Numbered from the whole stretch's first letter, positions 39,597-51,876 are shown. The stretch: 63,761 nt of DNA, filler included, from Vannella sp. (GCA_023345925.1; 6 parts of 6 records of this genome joined end to end with filler, not necessarily neighbours in it); one strand, 5' to 3'. Notes: generated from the letters alone by a model not told the origin. Program-made: numbers and translations.

Positions 39597-39937
39597 CGAA
39601 AAGGGCGGGAAAGTAATGAGCATCTCGGAAACTGTCAGAAGGGGTAGGACCGACACTTCTAGCTATCTATCCTCCAAAGAGGCAATCAGAATGAAGTGAT
39701 TCTGACTGATCTTCAGCCATTGGGACACGCAAATCCTCGCGCAATTTGTGCAAAGAGCGAGGCGCGAATGGGATTGTCGGAGGTGAAGAAATTGTCTGCC
39801 ATGTAATGAAGGTGGTCCCCGTCAGGCATGAATGAGGCACGAGTGCTTGTAGACCTTTCCTGACAGTCTCTTCCTGAGTGGTTCAGTTCCGGGAGCAAAG
39901 AAGGTCATTTGAAACGTGGCTTCCTGAGTAAGGTGCT

Positions 39938-42900
39938 TTAATGCTTCAGGGGGTTCTTGGGAATGCGGATGTTGGAGGGTCTGGTTTTGGAGTGAGATAA
40001 GGGGTCGGTGAGGGGTTCAGCTACTGGATCAGTAGTTTCCTTCTGAGGGTCTGATCCTCTCAACCGTTCCAATTCAGCCTTCATACGTTTGAAGATCTCC
40101 TCCAGTTCTAAAAGATCCCCTAAATCTTCTTTCCTTAAAAAGGCATTAAGCTGTCAAACGTTAATAAGGAAAAAGAGATCAGAACGTGGTTTCCATACCT
40201 TCATTTTGAACTCTTCCTCTTCAGATGCGTCAAGATTTAGTTTGCGAAACTCAAGCATGAGAGGAACCAGAGTTTCATGGTAATAGAATCTCAGATGGTC
40301 CTTTGGGTGATTGGTGCAGTTGCGATGTTCTTGTTTCGAAAAGGGTTTCCCACAGGAACAAAAAGAGGTATTCCAGTCCACTGTACCTTCCATGCGGATT
40401 ATGCGCAGCTCTTTTTCTAGTCTCCAGGAGGAAACTATCAATTTGGCGCAGTTCCGGTTCATCTCTCGCACGTGAGAGGGAACGAATATTGGTGATTTCT
40501 CCTTAGTAATGGACCAGCGTTCCTTGGATGGAAGCCAACATGCAGTAACTAAATTGGAGCCTTGCTCGATAGAGTAGGCGTTTTGCAGCACTGTTTTCCA
40601 GTTATAAGGAAGCTCTTTTTGAGCCAAGGTGTACAGAGCAGTCTTGACGTGTCGCTTTACTAGAATGAACCTTTTGAGAAGCACGTGGACCTCATCCCAC
40701 ATAACGTCTCTCTTGATGTTACTTGTTAAGAGCGCCAAAAGCAGCCCATAGCGGTCCAGGGGGTATTCTGAAGGAAGATATTGTCCGAATTTTGTCACTA
40801 TCACAAGCAACTCCTTGAGGCACCGTGGGTAAGTGTCATTCTCAACGTTCGGGATAGGAAGGACGAATGGTGAATGATCAAAGTACTTTGCAAAGATGTA
40901 ATCGCTCATGTACAACTGATTGTCACGACTAAAATGGCACAGAAGTAGAAACTGTACGATACATACTTCTACAATATCCAGGGCGGATTCAGGGTACATT
41001 GTAATCGCCTTGCGGTGAAAATCATAATTAGACTTCATTGCCAGCCTGCATTGTATGAAGAAGTCTGAATGTTTTGACTGATACAGCATTCTTAGCGCTA
41101 ATAGCACTGAAGGTAACCTTCTCACGTCAGCGTTGTTATCTGGAGAAGAACACAACAAGGTCTCTCGAGCTTCAGGGGATTCTGGATAACACAGCATGAA
41201 CTGTATGTGGTGGTACTCGGCATTTCGACCAGCGTAGACCCTCCTCCAGTTGTACTGATTTTGAAGAAGAGTCTCCCGGTATCGGATGAGCCACCTTGGA
41301 TTACTCTTTTGCCAATAAAAGATATGGATATAACCAGAAGACAGGAAGACTCGAGCCAACGTGAACTGAACACTGATTGTCAGTGGGTTTTGCCTTTGGT
41401 CATGCAAGAAGCCTTGGAACATTTCGTGTTTCAGCTCTGTTTGATTCGCTTGGTAGAGATCGTGCAATTCCCCTACCAAATCATTGACGTTTTTCAGAAT
41501 GGAGAATGTTGAGGGAGTATGAAGCTCATCCAAGGTGTAGGTGTTGAAATCCAGTAGTTCTGAAAGCCTATGTATCACTCGGAACAGTTTATCCTGCAAT
41601 TTCTTTAGGAGGGTCTTCCAAGTAGAAGAGAAGCTGATGACACACTGAAATCCGGAGTCAAACGCCTCTGTTGGAAAAGGGGAAACGAAAGGAACAGTGT
41701 AGCTCTGGTCAACTGGTTGAGGAGTTAGCATCCAGTAGGTTTCCAAAACGTGCCTAAAACGAGACATTCCAAAAGAGCTATTCCCTTTCATTACCTCGAG
41801 AATGCATGGGATGTAGCGCTTCACGAGGGAACGGGCTAAGGATATCAATTCTGATTGCTGTTGTTTTAAGCAACTGGCTGGAGACAACTCCAGAGTGTGG
41901 CATGAAGAGAAGGGCTCCTGTGAAGTAAGAATTTCGAGGCGTTTCTCTCTAAGAAGGACTTCATACTCCTTCAACAATGGGTTGTCTGGTTCATAGTCTG
42001 CGAGCCATCGCATTGCAGCCAATAAATGAATTTGGTCCGTATCCGAAGGTCCTTTGATCAGTTGATTAACCCATTTGTGTATGTCAGCATAACTGATCTT
42101 CGGAAGGTCGCAGGAAAGGATCTTCCTAACAGTTTGACCCAGTTGACTGACCGAAGATATCTCTGCGATCCGCAATGCTTCGATTTCCTTTTTTCGCTTT
42201 AGGGTTGCACAGATAACCTCGTCACTGTAGTTCCCTGGCGCGTCATTCAGTATCGGAACGAAGTAGTCTGCTTCCTTAATGATACGATCCGCGTTCTTTT
42301 TCAACATTCTCCGGATTGAATCTTCCGACATGTTCGAAAGAAGAGCCGCGGCTAGTTTTGCGTCTCTGGAAGAAAGTAGTAGCTTCTCTCTCAAGTCAAT
42401 TGGCTCTTCCAGTGCCAGCATGCTGGCGATGTCATTAAATGGAAGCGTTGGGTTGACTTTGATGAGGAAGGAGCAGTATTTAGCCAGTTCTGGATAGAGT
42501 TTCTTGGCTTTCAAAATACGGCTAGCTTTGCTAGGTTCTCCAGCGCGGATGTAATTGGCAACTGCTTTTTCCCAGTTCTTCACGAATCCGTAAATCTGGG
42601 CTGCCATCAGGAACCTTCCTCCTGTTTCGGCGCAGTCTGCTGCACTTTCTAATTCTCCGCTGTGATAAAGCGAGTCCGCAGCTTCACCGAATTCAGAGCA
42701 TTCGAGAAAATGCTTTGTAGCTTGCTGGTACATGTGGCGATAAGGTTTTTTGGACTTTGAGATTCTCAGTTGGTCAGCTTGGCTGTAATGGATCATTCCA
42801 GTGACAAAATTGAAGTCCCTTTGGTTACCAGAGTTGTTGAAACACAAAGCAGCCGGGTTCCAGAGCTTTTTCGCTTTGTAGTCTTGTCCTCTCTTCTCCC

Positions 42901-44557
42901 AGGACTCAACTGAGCTGGACTTTGCAAGTCCTTGGACGGATTGGCTTTCTCCATCTCCTTTCAAACGGGCGAGTAGATAGTCTTCTATTTGATCAGTTGG
43001 GAGTTGGGATGCAAGTCCCCTGCAAATAAGAAATTGGAGCATGGGTTCGGAAGCGCCTTTCTCTGACTTGTTCTCCACTATCCAAACGTTTTCTTTTGCT
43101 CGTGTCACAGAAACATAAAGCTGCTTTAAATCGTCACAAAGACTTTGGAAACACCCAGATTGGAGAGCAGGTTTCCGAGAAGGATTTGTTCCGCTTTGGG
43201 AAGTGGGAGGGCCTTGGGGGTTATCTTCTGTGTAAGCGTTGACGTGTTTCCATTCTTTTGGACAGGGAGAGTCTGCAAAAAAGTTGTACAACAGAACATC
43301 AGTGAATTCGAGTCCCTTAGATTCAAACACGGTCACACATTGACAAGCGGTCAGCTCATCGGGTAAGGTTCTTCTTGCTTCTTCATCTCGCACGATGACA
43401 ACTTGGTGGGCTCCAAACATTACCCGCTTGTCGTTTCTCATGGAGAATCCGTTGAATAGTGGATAGAAATCAGATTGTCCGTCGGAAAGTAGAATCAGTG
43501 GTTTTGGTCCAGGGTAAATCCCTTGGTCTGGCTTCATGTCATCAAAACTCTCTGGAAAGAAGAATTTCAGTAGTTCTACAACTCCACCTGCGAGATTTGT
43601 GATTCCTCTGTGAGATCGATAGTTGCAACCAAGTTGTTTTACTTTCGGTACTTTCGTCAGTCTTTGCTCCTCAAATAGTCCAGCCCTCTTTTGATCTTCT
43701 CTATGATAGTGAAAGATCCTTCGTAAGTCTTCGAATCGGAATCCAACACCTCGGATGATTGTTTGGCAGGTGTCCCCAGTGAAGAAAAATTGATTCGCAT
43801 TGGAGATGAGAAGGAAGTACAAGTACAGCTCAATTTGAGTGGCGTCTTGAACCTCATCGTAGGTGATGTGATGGATGGGTATGCCAGAATATGGATCTTT
43901 GAGCAGGAGGCGAATGGCATTCAAGATAACGTCACTCCAATCGAACAGCTTTTTACGAAAGCGGATTGAGTTGGTCACTTCTACGTACTTTTTAAAGATA
44001 GCATAAACGATTTCGCGTTTTCCATTAAAATGTGGAGCCAGCTTGTTGCCCACTGCCAAGTAGTCCTTAAGGCACAAGTAACCTTGTTTGAGGTTTTCTG
44101 GACGTAGCACTGCTACTGAGCCCTTGATGTAACTGTAAATCTCCTTCCAAACAAGAGCTGGGGAGTACAGTGCTTGATCCTTGACATTTGGCTTGATCTT
44201 CGGCCATATTTTTTGTTCGAAAACAGTGAATGTCACTTCTTCCCAGCGTGAGGATTGGGATTCCCGTAACTCTGCTTCATTTTGGTTCCAGATTCGTTCA
44301 TTTGCAATCGTGAGATTATCCCAAGAATCGTGATCCTCGAGCTCTTCTTCTCTGTACTCAAACTCAGGGTCCAGGAGAGTTCCATCCGGCTTTCGGGGGA
44401 AAAATGGTTTAGACACACTGCCGTCGATCATGAGCATCCACTGGCGACTCGTCAGAAACAAAGGAAAAGAAGAGATATTGATGTCTCTCAGCAGGGTCGG
44501 TGGAAGGCCCTTCCAGCTTCCAACCAAAGGGGGCCCTGTCCTCTTTTTTGAGTTCTC
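39938..44557 (-). CDS. TRANK1/LBA1-like UvrD-type SF1 helicase with TPR-like repeats; 5' truncated
   Basis: DEVQD, TGDTCQTI, GVGFRFEDL, NYRSHRGI, TVFESKGLEF and LYVSVTRAK motifs; a C-terminal CxC..H..H cluster; a terminal intron near 40151-40198 leading to TAA at 39938. Confidence 0.85.
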
Positions 44558-44657
44558 NNNNNNNNNNNNNNNNNNNNNNNNNNNNNNNNNNNNNNNNNNN
44601 NTTAATTAATTAANNNNNNNNNNNNNNNNNNNNNNNNNNNNNNNNNNNNNNNNNNNN
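44558..44657. other. Artificial contig linker
   Basis: Ns around TTAATTAATTAA. Confidence 0.98.
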
Positions 44658-46941
44658 TACCAAAGACCTGGAACAAGATATGACCCGCTTATTAGGCAAA
44701 ATCACAAATAACCTTCCGGAAATGGAGCTGAAGCTCGCCATGGAGGCGTTGAGCTGTTTAATCAAGTATCTAGAGCTGATGGGAGACGAAGGCAACTTTG
44801 GGCAGTTCACAATGAAGCGACTGGACTTGTCCCAATTCATGCATTTGGACTCTGCAGCAATTGACTCTCTTAAACTCGTGGCTTCCAAGCGAGATGGTCA
44901 GTCCCACTGCACTTATTCCTCTCCTGCTAACGAATGTGCCTTTAGTCAACAAACAGATGAATCTTTACTCGCTGCTGAACAAGTGCAGTACTTCAATGGG
45001 CTCACGAGGGCTTCTCTCTTGGGTCAGACAACCTTTGCTTGATGTTGGAGAGATCAGTAGGTTCATCGGCACGCTCATCTTGATTCGCCAAACTGAGAAT
45101 TGGGGTTTAGATCAGCGATTGGACCTTGTCGAGGTCTTCTTTCATGACCAAATGCTCAGAAGCTCTTTGAGAGAGTCATTTAAGCGCGCGCCAGACTTTT
45201 CTCGCATCATTAAGCGCCTCCAGAGGAATGGAGGGAAGCTGGAGGACTGCGTTCGCCTTTATTACTTCTTCGGAAGTGTTCCAGCGCTCCACCAGCTCTT
45301 TGCGGAGTACACTGGTCCTCATGATCGCCTTGTTAGAAGCAGATACACGAGGACTCTCGAGGTACGCTTGAGCTTCCACTGTCACAAACTCACACTTGCA
45401 GGCCATGCTGGAGGATCTGGAACGCTTCACAGAGATGATAAGGGTTCGTAAGCTCTCTCTTACTAATGATCCTCCAATGACACTCTCCCCAGACCACCAT
45501 TGACTTGGCAGCAGCGGAAGACAGACATGAATACATTATTCGAGCGGACTTTGACGACGAACTCCAACAGCTTAGCGCTCAGAAGAACGCAGTTCAGGAC
45601 CAAATTGACCTCCACTTTGACCAGCTCAACAGGAAGCTTGGCCGGGATATGAAGAGCTTCACAATCATTCATTCTCCCCAGCATGGCCATTGCTTTAAAG
45701 TCACTCGCAAAGATGAAATGGTGCTCCGGAAGACCGCCATTAAGTACATTCCGGTCGATACAAAGAAGGATGGCATCAAGTTCAAGACAGTCGAGCTCAA
45801 GAAACTGAGCGAGGACTACGAAGCTTGTCGGGGACAGTACGATGCCAAGCAGGGTCAATTAGTGACGTCTCTTTTGAGCATTGTAGCGGGTTATGAGCCG
45901 GCAATTCAAGAGATTAATGAGCTTATCACGGAAGTGGATATCTTTTGCAGCCTCAGCCATGTGTTCTCCACTTCTACTCGCCCTTATGTCAGGCCAGTCA
46001 TCACGGCAATGGGAGAAGGAGATTTGATTCTGAAAGGAGCTCGCCATCCTTGTCTAGAGGCTCAAGAGTCCATCAAATACATCGCGAATGATGTCTCTTT
46101 CATCCGAGGTAAGTGGAGTTGCTGCAATAGACCAAGGAAGATCACTATTAACCTCGCTTATCATCAGGAAAGAGTACTTTCCATATCATTACCGGTCCGA
46201 ACATGGGAGGAAAGAGTACTTTCATTCGAACAGTTGGTATTGTCACTCTCATGGCTCAAATGGGGTGCTTTGTCCCATGTGACAGTGCCACTGTGTCTGT
46301 TGTGGATGCAATTCTCTGTCGAGTGGGAGCTGGCGACTCGCAATCGCGAGGTGTTTCCACCTTTATGGCGGAGATGCTCGAGACCACTTCCATTCTGGAG
46401 ACGGCCACCGCTAATTCTCTGGTTATTATTGATGAGCTTGGGCGGGGGACATCCACTTATGATGGTTTTGGGTTAGCGTGGGCCATATCCGAGTACATTT
46501 GCAACAAAATCGGGTCCTTTTGCTTCTTTGCCACTCACTTTCACGAACTTACCGCTTTGGAGAAGTCCATTCCTCAAGTTAGCAACTTTCACGTATCCGC
46601 CATCCCCAAGGAGAACCAATTAGTTCTCCTTTATCAGGTCAAAGCAGGGTCTTGCGATCAAAGCTTTGGCATTCATGTGGCCGAAATGGCCAACTTTCCT
46701 CCTGAAGTCATTCTTTTAGCCAAGAGGAAAGCCGAAGAGTTGGAAACTTTTGATCAAAGTAGCAAAAAGAGAGCCAAGTTTGATGTAAGTCCAATTCATG
46801 TGTTCAAAGACAAGACTAATTCTCCAGCAGGATCCCGCCCATCGTTTCCTCCACCGTTTTTGTGAGATTCCTCTTCCGGATTTGACACCAGCCGAAGCAT
46901 TGTCTCAGCTGAATGCGCTTTGCACAGAAATGGATGAATAA
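44658..46941 (+). CDS. MSH2: DNA mismatch repair protein MSH2, multi-exon; 5' truncated
   Basis: [60 protein letters not shown] and [15 protein letters not shown] motifs. Confidence 0.97.
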
Positions 46942-48248
46942 TGAATTGGTTTCGCAACCCAAAAAGCTCCAATTTCGCATAAACGGATCCATTGAGTCCC
47001 ATTGAGGTTCCCAGAATTCTCGATCAGCGCCACATCCCTAGATCTATCTCCATCCAAGAGGAGCTGGGAAGCGCTTTGGAACAGGACGACTAACCATCCG
47101 TACTATTCCTTTAATAATGACGTGTTTCTCGTTTTCTTGGTCTGGGAACCTCACCTTAATAAAGGGAAGACAATAAGACAATGACTAGCCCTCTGCGGTA
47201 CAAAGGGTGGAAATTGGTGATGAGAGAAGTTAGATGATTGGGTTAACAGATGTTATCCGTTGCGATTGATACGGAATCGAGAAAAGATCAACCTGATGAC
47301 CTCCATCTCTTCAGGATAAGCTTTTGGAGTGATTTCATTTTTTCACTTTTTGGATGTTTTGAGGACCCAAACAAGGGGAAATGCCCTCGCCGCTCGTGAC
47401 TTCTCGCAAAAGCATTGTGGCAGGGGACCGTTATTGACTCTATTGAACTTCCTCCATGGGCGCATAATGACCTCCATCTCGTCGCTCAATGAAGATCGCA
47501 ATGCTCCACTCTGATGTCCGTCCAGAAGCGTTGCGCTGACTGTGATTCCATTTCATTCAAGGAGGCAGTCATCTCTTCTGCAGTCTGGCATTAGCAAACA
47601 GCGCAATCGCGCTCTTTGAACGGAAGTTTGCCGAACAACAGCCGCTCTTGCGTGAAGAGAGCAACAGTCTTCTGGTCCTCCTCCGAAACTGTAGACAGGG
47701 ATCAGAAGATTGTCGTTCTCTACACGCAAGAGCGACTTATGTTTAACACTGTAAGTGACCAAGTCCTCCACTGCTGAGTTCTTGAGGAGAAAGTGCTTTG
47801 ATAGGACGTGCATCTGCGCCAAAGCAGTTCACTCACCCATAAGAACCCAAAAGGTGGGTTCTCCCTTGCTTCAAGCAAAGCAAAGTAGGAGAGAAGGACG
47901 AGGGGCTGATGGATCGGTCACTTCTTCCTAAAAGCATCCCAGTTGGGTGAGTTCCTCTCCTTCTCCTCTTCTTCCCCAGAGAGAGAGACATAAGAAGGAA
48001 GGAGTGACTGAGCTCCTTTTGATTCTTCCTTCTCCATCCTCCAGAGAAAGAGATCGGTCACTTACATACTGAAAGCGTCGCCAAAAGTCGGCTCTTTGCT
48101 CTTTCTTCGTCTCCTCTTCCTTTCAGAGTCCGTCCCCAGAGGAGGATCCCCAAAGATCGCACCCGCATACTTCGTTGAATACCAGGATCACACAAGAAGG
48201 AACCGTTGACAGACAGAAGAAGAGGCGCGGAAGCGACCACTTTCAGTC

Positions 48249-48278
48249 GGCCATCAAGAGAATGAGCTCTTGATGGCC
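48249..48278 (+). promoter_or_regulatory. Perfect 12-bp hairpin 10 nt upstream of an ATG
   Basis: GGCCATCAAGAG-aatgag-CTCTTGATGGCC. Confidence 0.5.
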
Positions 48279-48288
48279 ACACAGGCCA

Positions 48289-48759
48289 ATGGAAGCTTTC
48301 TACTCTCTAGCAGATGCTGAGGCTCACTCAGAGGGGAAGGGAAATCATTGTTTGGGAATGAAGAGGCCGACGGAGGCGGTCGGTCTGTTGGAAGTGCTCA
48401 ACCTTGAGGAAGAGGAAGGAGGAGAGGGATCAGAGGCTTCGGTGGAGATAGAAGTTGAGATTGTAGTTCCCGTTCTGGCCCGCCCGCCTCGCTCGATCCT
48501 CAAACAACCAGGAACAGCTTCTCCTATGAAAAAGTCGGTTCGCTGGAGTGACTCTCGGCCAGGAGGGAAGCTCACGAAAGTGGGATTCGTTTCTCTCTCA
48601 GGTGTGGACCGGACTAGCACGAACTCGGAGTGGCAGCGACGGCGCCAACAGAAGAGGCGCTCTCAAGACTTTCTCATGTGCGTCTGCTGCGGAGCTCTCA
48701 TCACCCTTGTCGTTCTCTTCGTTGCTGTTCTCTTCCTCATCATCCTAATGCTTGAGTGA
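48289..48759 (+). CDS. Tail-anchored protein with PP1-docking motifs (SILK, RVxF-type KSVRW)
   Basis: RSILKQ...KKSVRW...GKLTKVGFV; a basic patch, CVCC, and a C-terminal TM helix. Confidence 0.7.
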   Translation: MEAFYSLADAEAHSEGKGNHCLGMKRPTEAVGLLEVLNLEEEEGGEGSEASVEIEVEIVVPVLARPPRSILKQPGTASPMKKSVRWSDSRPGGKLTKVGFVSLSGVDRTSTNSEWQRRRQQKRRSQDFLMCVCCGALITLVVLFVAVLFLIILMLE

Positions 48760-48977
48760 AGCCCCTCTCTTGTACATTACGCGTGGTCAGCCCACAACCG
48801 GACCTCTTACCCTCCCTCTCGCCTCTTTTGGGTACATTCAAGCCTTGACACCTTCTGAAACAAAGCTAAAAAGGTGTTCTTGCTTTTCTCTTTCTACAGC
48901 AAGTCCTCGCAGCCTCCTGCAACCACACAACCTCTCATTGAACGCCGCGATGACTCCATTCGCAAGCTTTCGGGCGT

Positions 48978-49946
48978 TTAGACTTCAAAGTAGGATACAG
49001 GGAAGCGCGTATCTTCGCAAGATAGCGGTAAATAGCATTGCAAGTCATGGAGAAGGCTAGAACGAAGATTATTCCGGTGCAAGACACTTCCCAATGCGGT
49101 TTCGATGACTTGGACATCCGCCCAATGCTGTTCCACTGCGTTATCACATTCTATACTGCTGGAATGGCTCTCTTGTATCGATTGAGCCCATTCCTTGCGA
49201 TAGAACCACTTGCTTAGATGCCGCCGAAGAGGCGCGGTCATCAACCTTTGCAAGGTTTGGACCCATTCTTCGGCTGTGGGATCGACAGGTGGCCCTGGTG
49301 CGTACTGGGGAGGTCCAATAGGCATGTTTTTGTATAGCCAAATGGTAAGACACTCTCGGGACTGGCGAGAGGGCAAGACTCGATGCAAAAGATCTCGAGA
49401 GGAGAATAAGACCAACCGGCCAGCTATCGGAGCTATCTCAACCGGCTTGTAAGGGAATGGGTATAGTTGTAACATTCCCCCGTCTTCAGGAGTCCACTTC
49501 TCGTTTAGATAGAGAATGGCAGTCAAGAATCGCCCATCCGCACCGTTTGTGTCGTAGTGGAGGGGAAAGCAGGCACTCTCTCCCAAGTTCCGTTGAACCT
49601 TCATCGTTCTCTGAACCCAGTCGTTGCCTGGGAGCATTTGAGAGGCCAGAGTAGCAAAGGACGGGTCTTCATAGAGCGCTTTGAGGTTGGGAATGTCCGT
49701 TCCCGCCGAGTTTGACACTTCCAGAGCGATCTCTGCTTCAAGGATGTTTGATTTGATCATCAACTGACGCTGTCCCTGGCGAAGCAAGTGCGTGTAGTTA
49801 GGAACAAGCCTCCCCGCCCCCGACAACGCCTCAATCTCCCCCCGCAGACACGCCACACCTCCACTCATCACATCATCTATCACCACATAACCAAAGCGCT
49901 TCAAACACGACCAGGAAGCCCCTTCCAGCCCTCGAAAGCTCGCCAT
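48978..49946 (-). CDS. 2OG-Fe(II) oxygenase, prolyl-hydroxylase (EGLN/PHD-like) fold
   Basis: HYD...RFLTAILYLN..W...GG.L...GRLVLF...HRVLP...R.CLTIW. Confidence 0.88.
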   Translation of the reverse strand: MASFRGLEGASWSCLKRFGYVVIDDVMSGGVACLRGEIEALSGAGRLVPNYTHLLRQGQRQLMIKSNILEAEIALEVSNSAGTDIPNLKALYEDPSFATLASQMLPGNDWVQRTMKVQRNLGESACFPLHYDTNGADGRFLTAILYLNEKWTPEDGGMLQLYPFPYKPVEIAPIAGRLVLFSSRDLLHRVLPSRQSRECLTIWLYKNMPIGPPQYAPGPPVDPTAEEWVQTLQRLMTAPLRRHLSKWFYRKEWAQSIQESHSSSIECDNAVEQHWADVQVIETALGSVLHRNNLRSSLLHDLQCYLPLSCEDTRFPVSYFEV

Positions 49947-50039
49947 TCCCAAACCCAACAAATAATGTCAAAAGTTGCCAAGTTTAAAATCAATCAAAAT
50001 CATTAATGAAAAGGGGGAAGCTTGTTTGGCATTGTTTTG

Positions 50040-50871
50040 ATGCCAGAAGGAGCGGACCTTCGGACGGGCCCTCGCAGGGACAGGCGTACTACCCTCAAGT
50101 CTGATTTCGACCGGGCTAAGGCAAGGACGATGGTGTAAGCGTATTGCTCGAGATTGGAAGGGAGTGCTCACAACAAGCTCTATTTGTAGGAGAACGAGGA
50201 CGGTCTCATCTGGGAACCTTTCGCCGCCGCGAGTTCGACAAGTGCAACGGCACAGTTGTCTTATTGACACTTCTAAGCTCGATTTCAGCCCCCGAACACG
50301 CGCTAACACTGCGGTCATGCATATTCCCGAGGCATCAGTTCCGCAGAGTCTGGGAGGCACGGGACCAAGCCAAAGTAGAGCAAAGGACTTGCGTCAGAGT
50401 GCTACCCTTCCATTACGACTGGCAGGCCCCTTTGCAGACCCCAATGCACGCCAAAATGATCGCGGGCGCTCTCTGACCGCCTCCTCCAAGGAGCCATCAC
50501 GAGCCAGCGCCACTTTTGCCAAAGAGTTAGAAGAGCTCCGCGCTCTAGTTCGAGCCTCCCACCTCGCTTCCACTCGCGAGAGAGCAGAAACAGGAAAAAA
50601 CAATCCAACGCCGGTGCCTCCTCCACAGTCCGAGGAGGAGAAGGCCATTGCCTCTCTGAAACGTGAGACAACCTTCAGTCTCTCTTACCCTTACTCATAC
50701 TGGGCCTTAGAACAGCTTCACAGTGCGCAAGAAGCTCAAGAAAGACTCCAAACAGAGCTCAGGATCGAAAGAAACATGCGAGAGGAGCTCCAGAAGCTGA
50801 ACGAAGCTCAAGCACTACGTATCAAAGAGCTCACAACCCTCTCTTCCGCTTCCACTCCCGTCCCTCAGTGA
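50040..50871 (+). CDS. Hypothetical low-complexity/coiled-coil protein, probably 3 exons
   Basis: The ATG 50040 exon splices in frame into the 235-aa ORF, which has C-terminal heptad repeats. Confidence 0.6.
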
Positions 50872-51005
50872 CAAAGTCTCCTCTTCCCCTCCAATGTATC
50901 TTCTAATCCCCCTTTCTGCTCCTGATTGGTCTCTTCAGGCTTCCTTCGACCACCTGAACCGCTCTCACACTCAAGTTGGTCTCATTTGGTGGGTGGAAGG
51001 GGAGG

Positions 51006-51812
51006 ATGAGGCGCTTCGAGCCGTTTTGTGTTCGGTTAGGGCGTGATTTGGTGCTTCTGTCTCATCCACAGGGACAATCACACGTGTACCTTTGGGGAGC
51101 GAACCATTCAGAGTCGGTGGAGCGTTCCAAAGGGGAGCGGATCCGACAACTTGTTGGTTTGGTGAATCCGACGGCTTTGGCGGCTGAAATCTGCTTGGAG
51201 CGGCTCTGCATTGCTGAGTACCATACGCTAGAGGGTTACAATGAGCAGTGCCGGGTCCCAGCACGCCCTTCAGCTCCTTCCAACGCTTCTTCTCTCCTCC
51301 GGCGGGCTTCGCATCGACTTGTTCGTTATTTCAGAGAGGGAGCCGTCTCAGGCGATCAGGAGGAGGTCCAAGATGAAGAACAGGATGATCAGGAGTATAC
51401 GTCAGGGTCTGAAATGATCCAGGTAGCGGAGGAGGCAAAGAAAAGGCGAATCCCTTTCCTGTTGCTCGATCAACCTCTCTCTCTTACAATGGCTCACGTA
51501 ATGGGACACTGGAAAGAGATCCCGTTCGCTCTATGGTCCACCTGGAAGCACAGAAAGCGACAAAATAGGAAAGAAGAAGACGAATGCACCGAGTCCACTT
51601 CCGCTTTGCGTCATCTGGAGCAGTTCCCCGGCTTATTCGACGCCATAGTAACAACAAGGGATCAAGAAATGGTCCAAAAGCTTCTAGAATACTGCCGCAC
51701 GCACCACAATCAACGAATAGTAGCGATTGTCGGACTTGCTCATCTTCCCGGGATTATCCAGCTTTGGGACTCCCAAGTCCTTCAATCTGCAGTAGTCCTC
51801 GATGAAACATGA
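51006..51812 (+). CDS. TRABD: TraB/PrgY/GumN family protein
   Basis: VYLWGANH, AEICLER, GSEM, LDQPLSLT, RDQEM and VAIVGLAHLPGI motifs. Confidence 0.8.
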   Translation: MRRFEPFCVRLGRDLVLLSHPQGQSHVYLWGANHSESVERSKGERIRQLVGLVNPTALAAEICLERLCIAEYHTLEGYNEQCRVPARPSAPSNASSLLRRASHRLVRYFREGAVSGDQEEVQDEEQDDQEYTSGSEMIQVAEEAKKRRIPFLLLDQPLSLTMAHVMGHWKEIPFALWSTWKHRKRQNRKEEDECTESTSALRHLEQFPGLFDAIVTTRDQEMVQKLLEYCRTHHNQRIVAIVGLAHLPGIIQLWDSQVLQSAVVLDET

Positions 51813-51876
51813 TAAATCACCCAGGAATGGTCCCAGAAGAGCTGGAAAGAGCTGGAAAGAGTGTATTACAGTGGCA

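Noticed and set aside
39660..39930. Short stems and an AACCAC..AGGAAGAGA string resembling part of U3 snoRNA
   Set aside because: No box A, B, C and D in the correct order and no matching terminal stem; insufficient support.
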